From Planctomycetota bacterium (GTDB lineage Bacteria > Planctomycetota > Phycisphaerae > Phycisphaerales > Phycisphaeraceae), in contig JBCCOP010000001.1 of assembly GCA_039025315.1 (NCBI GenBank), forward strand, positions 10,201 through 74,200: a DNA stretch of 64,000 nt, read 5' to 3'. Below the pieces are notes generated by a model. The model ran no database searches and was not told the DNA's origin. It saw only the letters and a list, made by a program, of their open reading frames with translations. Below, piece by piece: positions 59,701-64,000 of this stretch. The position numbers and the translations under genes were made by a program. Positions within the stretch are counted from its first letter, which is position 1; each line of letters opens with the position of its first letter.

Positions 59701-62700
59701 CGGTTCTTCACGGAGACCTCGGCGCCGGGCCGGCCAAAGTCCCGCTGCCGACCGGGCAGGTAGGCGACTACGAGCTCGTGGCGTGGGTCGACAACGATGG
59801 GTCGGGATCAATCGACAACGGCGAGCAAGAACTCGGTGTCACGGTGAGCGTGGCGCAACTTGGCTCTGTTTTTGTCCAAAGCGAAAACCACCCTTCGAAC
59901 TGGGTTGAGAGCACGCTGGGCGATACCGGGGCAATCCTCTACGTCGAGCTAGAGGACGATGAAACCTCGGTGCCGATCTCGTTTGACGTGAGCCTGCTTG
60001 AAGCGGGTATTGAGAGGAGCCTCGCGCATTACTGGATCTCTGGGCCCGGTGTCGACGAGAGGAACAATTTCAACGATTTGGTTAATCCGTTGGTTGAATT
60101 ACCCCAGGCGGGGGGGACATACACGGTTTTTGTGGGCTTTGACCTCGACGGTAACGGGGAACTCGACGTTAGCGAAGCCTCGATGAGTGTATCGGTGGGC
60201 GTCGTTGGGCTGGACACGCTGACGGTCAGCGACAGCAACAGCGGCGGGGAAGTCCAAGCCGATTCTTCTACGGAGGTTCCGACGTTCACGGCCGAAGAGA
60301 CGCCCGGGACCAACGAGGGGTCGGTCGAGATCGAGATCGAAGCCGAGAAGCCGGTGGTCGGCGTCGGCGATCAGCTGCTTTGGCAGATCGTCGGCGGTGC
60401 GGTGGCCGGTTCGTCATCCGGGACTTACAACGGCTCGTTCGATAAGACGTTGACCCCGGCGGGGGCGAGTCAAGACCGCGAGTACTTTGTCCTGGTGGGC
60501 TTCGACGACAACAACGACGGCTTGCTCGAAGAGAGCGAGGTGTCGCGCCAAGTCAATTTTTATGTCCGAGACGATTTCCGGCTCGCAGCACCTTACTTCA
60601 GCGACCAGGTCTCGTTCCAGACCAGCCAGCGGGTGGACATCCACGGCGTACCGCTGCCCGACGCCAGCCCGACCGGCGACGGGGAGGCCGATCGCGTGCC
60701 GGGCATGGCCCACGTCGACGCGTTCTCGCTGCTCCCGACCTTCGCCACGACCGACGTGGCCGTGCCGATGCCCGGAGGGGAACTGAGCCTCGAGTTCAGG
60801 CGGACACTGTCGGCCGGGGCGGATACCGATTCCGTCATCCCGATTCCTAACCCGGTGTTTGACCTCGCTGGAGCGACCCGGGCGTTGCAACTACAAGAAC
60901 GCATCAATTACGCCTGGCCTTCCGATTCCGCGATGGGCCACGCCCAAACGACCAACACCGCCTCGCGGGCCATCCTCACGGACGACCCCGACCCGCACTT
61001 CGGCCACGCCGGCCGCAAGGTGACGGTCTACGACGAGGTCGGTGCCGCGGCGACCTTCGCCCGGGTTAGTGGGCAGTGGGTCCCCGACATCCGCCATAGT
61101 TTCTCCAACGCTTCGCTGCGCGGCCAGCTCCAGGACGCGGCCGGCGGCGGGTTCATCTACACTAAGCGGCACGGCACCAAGCTGCATTTCGAGACGTTCG
61201 TCAACAACCAAGTCAAACGGGGCGTCGGCGACGACGCGCCGGAAGAGACATATTTCCGACTGGCAAAGATCGTCGACCGCAACGGCAACGAACTGGTTCA
61301 CGAATACAACGCCGCCGGACTCTCCGGCCGGGCTCAGGACACGCTGGTCAGCCGCATCTACGACCCGTCCGCCGAGGGCCTGACCACCAAGCGGCAGATC
61401 ACGTTCGAGTACGGCGAGGTGTCTGGAGCGGAAGGCCCGCGTCTTACAAAGGTGACCGATCCGCTCGGCCGGGAGCACGTCTACCGCTACTTCGGTCAGA
61501 GCGACCCGGACGGGCCCGAGTGGAAGGCGGGAGAACTCCAAACGATTCTCAAGCCGCAGGTCGCCGGCCCCGACGGCGCGGCCGTCGACGCCCGGGTCGA
61601 CTTCGATCTCGAAACGGTTCAGGCGGTCCGTATCGCCCCCTCCACCACGGGTATGCCGCTCGAGCAGCGCGACGTCTACCGCACGCGGTGGTTCCTTCCG
61701 GCCGAAATCACCGCCGTCGGCGACGCCGCCCGTCCCGAGACCCGCCACACCACGACCTTCGACTACGCCCGCAACGCCGCCGGTAATGTGAGCACGGTGA
61801 GTCTGCCCACCGGGATTCAGGCCCGCGAGCTTAGTGTCTTGCTCGGCGATGTCGCGCTGATCTTCGAGAACCGCCCGGTCCTGTCGAGCGTGACGACCGA
61901 CGACGGCACGGCGCGGTTCGAGCTCTCGCCCGACGCCGCCGCGCTGAACCACTTCGCCCGCACCACCAAGGTCACCGACACCCGCGGGGTCGAGACGACC
62001 TTTGCGTTCGACGCCGATCCCGTGGAGTGGAACAACGATCTCGGGTTTGCCATCGCGCTCCACCAGGTCACCCGCACCACTGCCGACCACCCGAGCCTCG
62101 GCGGGTCGGGTCTCGACCACACGGTCACCTACACCTACAGCAGCGACATCCACAACAACCTCGTCGAGGTCAACGACGTCAGCGGAAACGTCGTGAGGTA
62201 CGAGTACGCCAGCGGCGAGGTCGGGGACGCCTACGACGCGCCGGTCTACGGCGATGCGCTCGTGGGGAACCACTACCAGGTGTTCGGCCAGCCGTCGCGT
62301 AGCGTCCTGGCCGCGAACGACCCGGGCCTGGCGATCGCCACCGACTACCGGTACGACACCGCGTTCAACAAGCTGGTGCGCCAGATCGACGCCGAGGGGG
62401 TTGTGACCGCTCACGACCTCGACGCCGCCGGGAACCGCGTCGCCGTCCACGAGGCCGTCGGGACCACCGTCGCCGCGACCACGGTCTACGACTACGACGG
62501 CCGGGGCTTCGTCACCCGCGTGACCGACCCCGAGGGCCGGGTCACCGAGCATGTCAGCAACGCCTACGGGCACCTCGACGCTACCGTCGTCAAGGGCCGG
62601 GTCGATCAGAACGAAGACCTCACCGCTCTCGACGCCGCTTCGTACCACAGCGACCTCGACCCGCTGGCCCACTGGATCGTGACGCGGCGGGTGACCGACG

Positions 62701-64000
62701 ACCCCGCGACCGCCGGCATGGACGAGGGGGTGCTCGACCTGACCTACCGGCAGATCGATCCGACCGGTGACGTGACCGGCTACGCCTACGACCGGTGGGA
62801 CCGGCTCGTCGCCGTCACCCCGCCGGCCGTTGCCGACCCCGACAATCCGGCGAGTGTGGTGACCTCGCCGCTGATCACTTTCTACGACGCAAGAGGCAAC
62901 GCCGTGCGGCGGGTCGACGCGGCGGGCCACACCACGGTTACGTTCTACGACCGGCTCAACCGGCCGACGGTGAGCGTGCTGGACCTCGACGGCGACGCAG
63001 CTTACGGCACCTACCTCGGTGCGGCCGCGACGCCCGGCACGGTCGTGACAGACATCGGCCAGTTCGGGCTCGACCCCGACGACATCGGCACGTTCACCCG
63101 TTACGACGCCGTGGGCCTTGCCGACCTGACCGTCGACGCCCGCGGCCACGCCACGACGCACCACTTCGACGAGTTGTTGCGGCGGGTCCGGACCGACCTG
63201 CCGGCGGTCACGCGGGTCGACGGCGCCGTCGAGAACCACTCCGTCACGTACGAGTACGGCGCGAACTCGGGCTCCGGCGCGTTCACCTTCGGCGGGTTCA
63301 ACCCGACGCGGGTGGTGGACGCCCGGGGCTACGCCACCGACACGGTCTACGACGCGGCGTACCGGGCGGTGCGGGTGACCCAACGCGCCGACAACGGCGC
63401 GGGCCGGCCCCACACCGCGGCGCCCGGCGCCGGCGAGCCCAGCGTCGTCACCACCTACAACCGGGTCCACCAGCCGACGCTCGTGAGCGTCTGGAACGAG
63501 GCCAACGACGGCGCGACCCGCGTCGATCAGAACGTCTACACCTTCTACGACCACCGGCACCGGCCGACCCTGCGGGTGATCGACATGTCCGGCGACGGCG
63601 TCGGCGGGGGCTTGGCCGCGGGCGCCTTCCTGAACGATCCGCTGGGCTTCGCCGGGCACACCGACGACCTCGCCACGAAGACGGGCTACGACGCCTCGGG
63701 TCTGGTGACCGTAGCCGTCGACCCCGAGGGCCGGCGGACCGTGACGGTCTACGACGGTGCGGGGCGGGTCACGGCGGTCGATCTGCCCGTGGTCGATCTT
63801 TACGACCCCGGCCTCGGACTCACGGAAGACCAGATGCCCGGGGTGCGGACCTATTACAACGCCGACGGCCTCGTCGCGTTGACCCGCGATCCCAACGCGA
63901 ACTGGACCGCGACGTACTACGACGCCCGCAACCGTGTCACCGCCACCGTTCTGGACCTCGACGGCGACTCCAGCTTCGCCCAGCCACCCGGCAGCGCCGT
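56706..64000 (+). CDS. Giant LEPRxLL-leader protein with 2x LamG, PKD-like, TSP3-like Ca-binding repeats and RHS/YD repeats (partial, >2430 codons)
   Basis: Absent from the ORF track because no stop occurs in the window. Manual translation from ATG 56706: FEALEPRVLLS (56829), HWQLDDG..GALSFDGVDD..WHHL..FEGVLDDVRVYDRVL x2, WVIDWGDG, DTDGDGL repeats, then YDGRGFVTRVTDPEG-type YD repeats to the edge. Confidence 0.93.
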   Translation, partial: MPRWLKSLCHRAVLYVNQEARLSRCHATARRTARAEAAAPPFEALEPRVLLSSTLVNGLQSHWQLDDGPGVTAVDAAGTNDLDLQNGAAFDPAAGRLDGALSFDGVDDKAEAGDTLDPFAGDYSVSLWFKRPAGGTVTSDQFLISKGNRYSTREGWSINISDSTQEIRLRVNSSDDSSQRASTEVDLPLDDQWHHLTMVVDRTEGRVIGYLDGSNAGWRSGGGGPSSSSLSNVTDIDTDDPLTLGAVRDGANTYHNFEGVLDDVRVYDRVLTEAEAFSLAHPPDLENGLLAHYRADESSGTTAADELGGNDLSLINGTTFDPTGGRLDGALGFDGVDDRAELSGGGAGGGDVFDPGTGDFTASLWFKRPQGGALQSDQVLISKGNRYSTRAGWSVNFSDATNEIRFRVNSSDDSSERASIEVDVPQDDAWHHLVVTIDHATNKLVGYLDGDSSVWRSGGGGPSSSSLSSITDIDTDDPFTLGAVRDGANTYYEFKGLVDEVRLYDRVLTGVEIAALGDPAATPQTSVQIAGPAEVEAHTSYVLDLSVEDADPDNPIDEWVIDWGDGTAPEVVVGSPTSVTHVYEVPRETNALITAAANAIAGDGTVTTYTAEASIALLVTPSAVVDTDGDGLVDLGEQQAGTDPENVDTDGDQFQDGFEVENYFPEIGLFNPLVADDPNADHDNDRLSNIDEVLVHGTNPSSNLDTDGDSLSDDWEVVHGLDPLVSDGSYDYDVTLGEYVKNYADTDGDGINTLDEYVYGLDPNAFNEDLFTPATQPPLQTFGVSAFSSTSATKALVNLWATIGDWSPSEDELWEMVITSVSTGIQRIVSAPNKTDTIPELVRLVPGEYTVNINFKGPGSASGAYGYDYRGVLQDNPGTPWGGAYNHLSGKGYAITGNDGLLADRVNGSGDNNAADKTAYLRIDPIQLDQLTVSDSRNELRQGSDSADGSSTPVVIPLDKDGNATIQVEGLVDLSGFPAGSEADAATIKYELRDATGTPVLHGDLGAGPAKVPLPTGQVGDYELVAWVDNDGSGSIDNGEQELGVTVSVAQLGSVFVQSENHPSNWVESTLGDTGAILYVELEDDETSVPISFDVSLLEAGIERSLAHYWISGPGVDERNNFNDLVNPLVELPQAGGTYTVFVGFDLDGNGELDVSEASMSVSVGVVGLDTLTVSDSNSGGEVQADSSTEVPTFTAEETPGTNEGSVEIEIEAEKPVVGVGDQLLWQIVGGAVAGSSSGTYNGSFDKTLTPAGASQDREYFVLVGFDDNNDGLLEESEVSRQVNFYVRDDFRLAAPYFSDQVSFQTSQRVDIHGVPLPDASPTGDGEADRVPGMAHVDAFSLLPTFATTDVAVPMPGGELSLEFRRTLSAGADTDSVIPIPNPVFDLAGATRALQLQERINYAWPSDSAMGHAQTTNTASRAILTDDPDPHFGHAGRKVTVYDEVGAAATFARVSGQWVPDIRHSFSNASLRGQLQDAAGGGFIYTKRHGTKLHFETFVNNQVKRGVGDDAPEETYFRLAKIVDRNGNELVHEYNAAGLSGRAQDTLVSRIYDPSAEGLTTKRQITFEYGEVSGAEGPRLTKVTDPLGREHVYRYFGQSDPDGPEWKAGELQTILKPQVAGPDGAAVDARVDFDLETVQAVRIAPSTTGMPLEQRDVYRTRWFLPAEITAVGDAARPETRHTTTFDYARNAAGNVSTVSLPTGIQARELSVLLGDVALIFENRPVLSSVTTDDGTARFELSPDAAALNHFARTTKVTDTRGVETTFAFDADPVEWNNDLGFAIALHQVTRTTADHPSLGGSGLDHTVTYTYSSDIHNNLVEVNDVSGNVVRYEYASGEVGDAYDAPVYGDALVGNHYQVFGQPSRSVLAANDPGLAIATDYRYDTAFNKLVRQIDAEGVVTAHDLDAAGNRVAVHEAVGTTVAATTVYDYDGRGFVTRVTDPEGRVTEHVSNAYGHLDATVVKGRVDQNEDLTALDAASYHSDLDPLAHWIVTRRVTDDPATAGMDEGVLDLTYRQIDPTGDVTGYAYDRWDRLVAVTPPAVADPDNPASVVTSPLITFYDARGNAVRRVDAAGHTTVTFYDRLNRPTVSVLDLDGDAAYGTYLGAAATPGTVVTDIGQFGLDPDDIGTFTRYDAVGLADLTVDARGHATTHHFDELLRRVRTDLPAVTRVDGAVENHSVTYEYGANSGSGAFTFGGFNPTRVVDARGYATDTVYDAAYRAVRVTQRADNGAGRPHTAAPGAGEPSVVTTYNRVHQPTLVSVWNEANDGATRVDQNVYTFYDHRHRPTLRVIDMSGDGVGGGLAAGAFLNDPLGFAGHTDDLATKTGYDASGLVTVAVDPEGRRTVTVYDGAGRVTAVDLPVVDLYDPGLGLTEDQMPGVRTYYNADGLVALTRDPNANWTATYYDARNRVTATVLDLDGDSSFAQPPGSA
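56874..58253 (+). repeat. Tandem ~690-bp duplication encoding two LamG domains
   Basis: Units start at 56874 and 57564 and share long identical stretches such as CAGCCTGTGGTTCAAGCGTCC and GGCAACCGCTACTCGACCCG. Confidence 0.85.

Noticed and set aside
1-64000. CRISPR array or rRNA
   Set aside because: No regularly spaced repeats with unique spacers and no rRNA signatures seen; the repeats present are coding (Pro-rich linkers, LamG, YD).

Overview
High-GC bacterial DNA, most likely Planctomycetota (Phycisphaerae-like), judged from the PEP-CTERM proteins, DUF1559/H-X9-DG prepilin-like proteins and a LEPRxLL leader. It falls into three zones. (1) 1-19.3 kb is core-like: topA, miaA, a GNAT, a six-gene operon with a miniature ExbB/ExbD/TonB-like motor and three exported proteins, a 1491-aa Ser/Thr kinase with a possible HEPN-like N-terminus coupled to an atypical class III cyclase, tRNA-His, mlaE, sppA and tRNA-Met(CAT). 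(2) From 19.3 kb, a decayed tyrosine integrase on the 5' side of the tRNA-Met gene opens an accessory carbohydrate-utilisation region: deoC, ribokinase, two GH9-type enzymes, a Gfo/Idh/MocA + IolE-like pair, sulfatase, ADP-ribosylglycohydrolase, DUF4965 protein, two clan GH-A enzymes, three regulators, and PEP-CTERM and DUF1559 proteins. A recurring palindromic operator marks three of its promoter regions, and it ends in gene relics (RHS-core fragment, internally deleted IS5). (3) 49.4-64 kb holds an ABC-less secretion-like operon (three HlyD/MFP domains, a PqqD/RRE-M50 protease fusion, a truncated second SecA) followed by a >2430-codon ORF missing from the supplied ORF track: LEPRxLL leader, 2x LamG, PKD, Ca-binding repeats, then RHS/YD repeats, running off the window. 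This last locus is the best candidate for an uncharacterised export/toxin-delivery system. All calls come from manual motif reading; no database searches were run.
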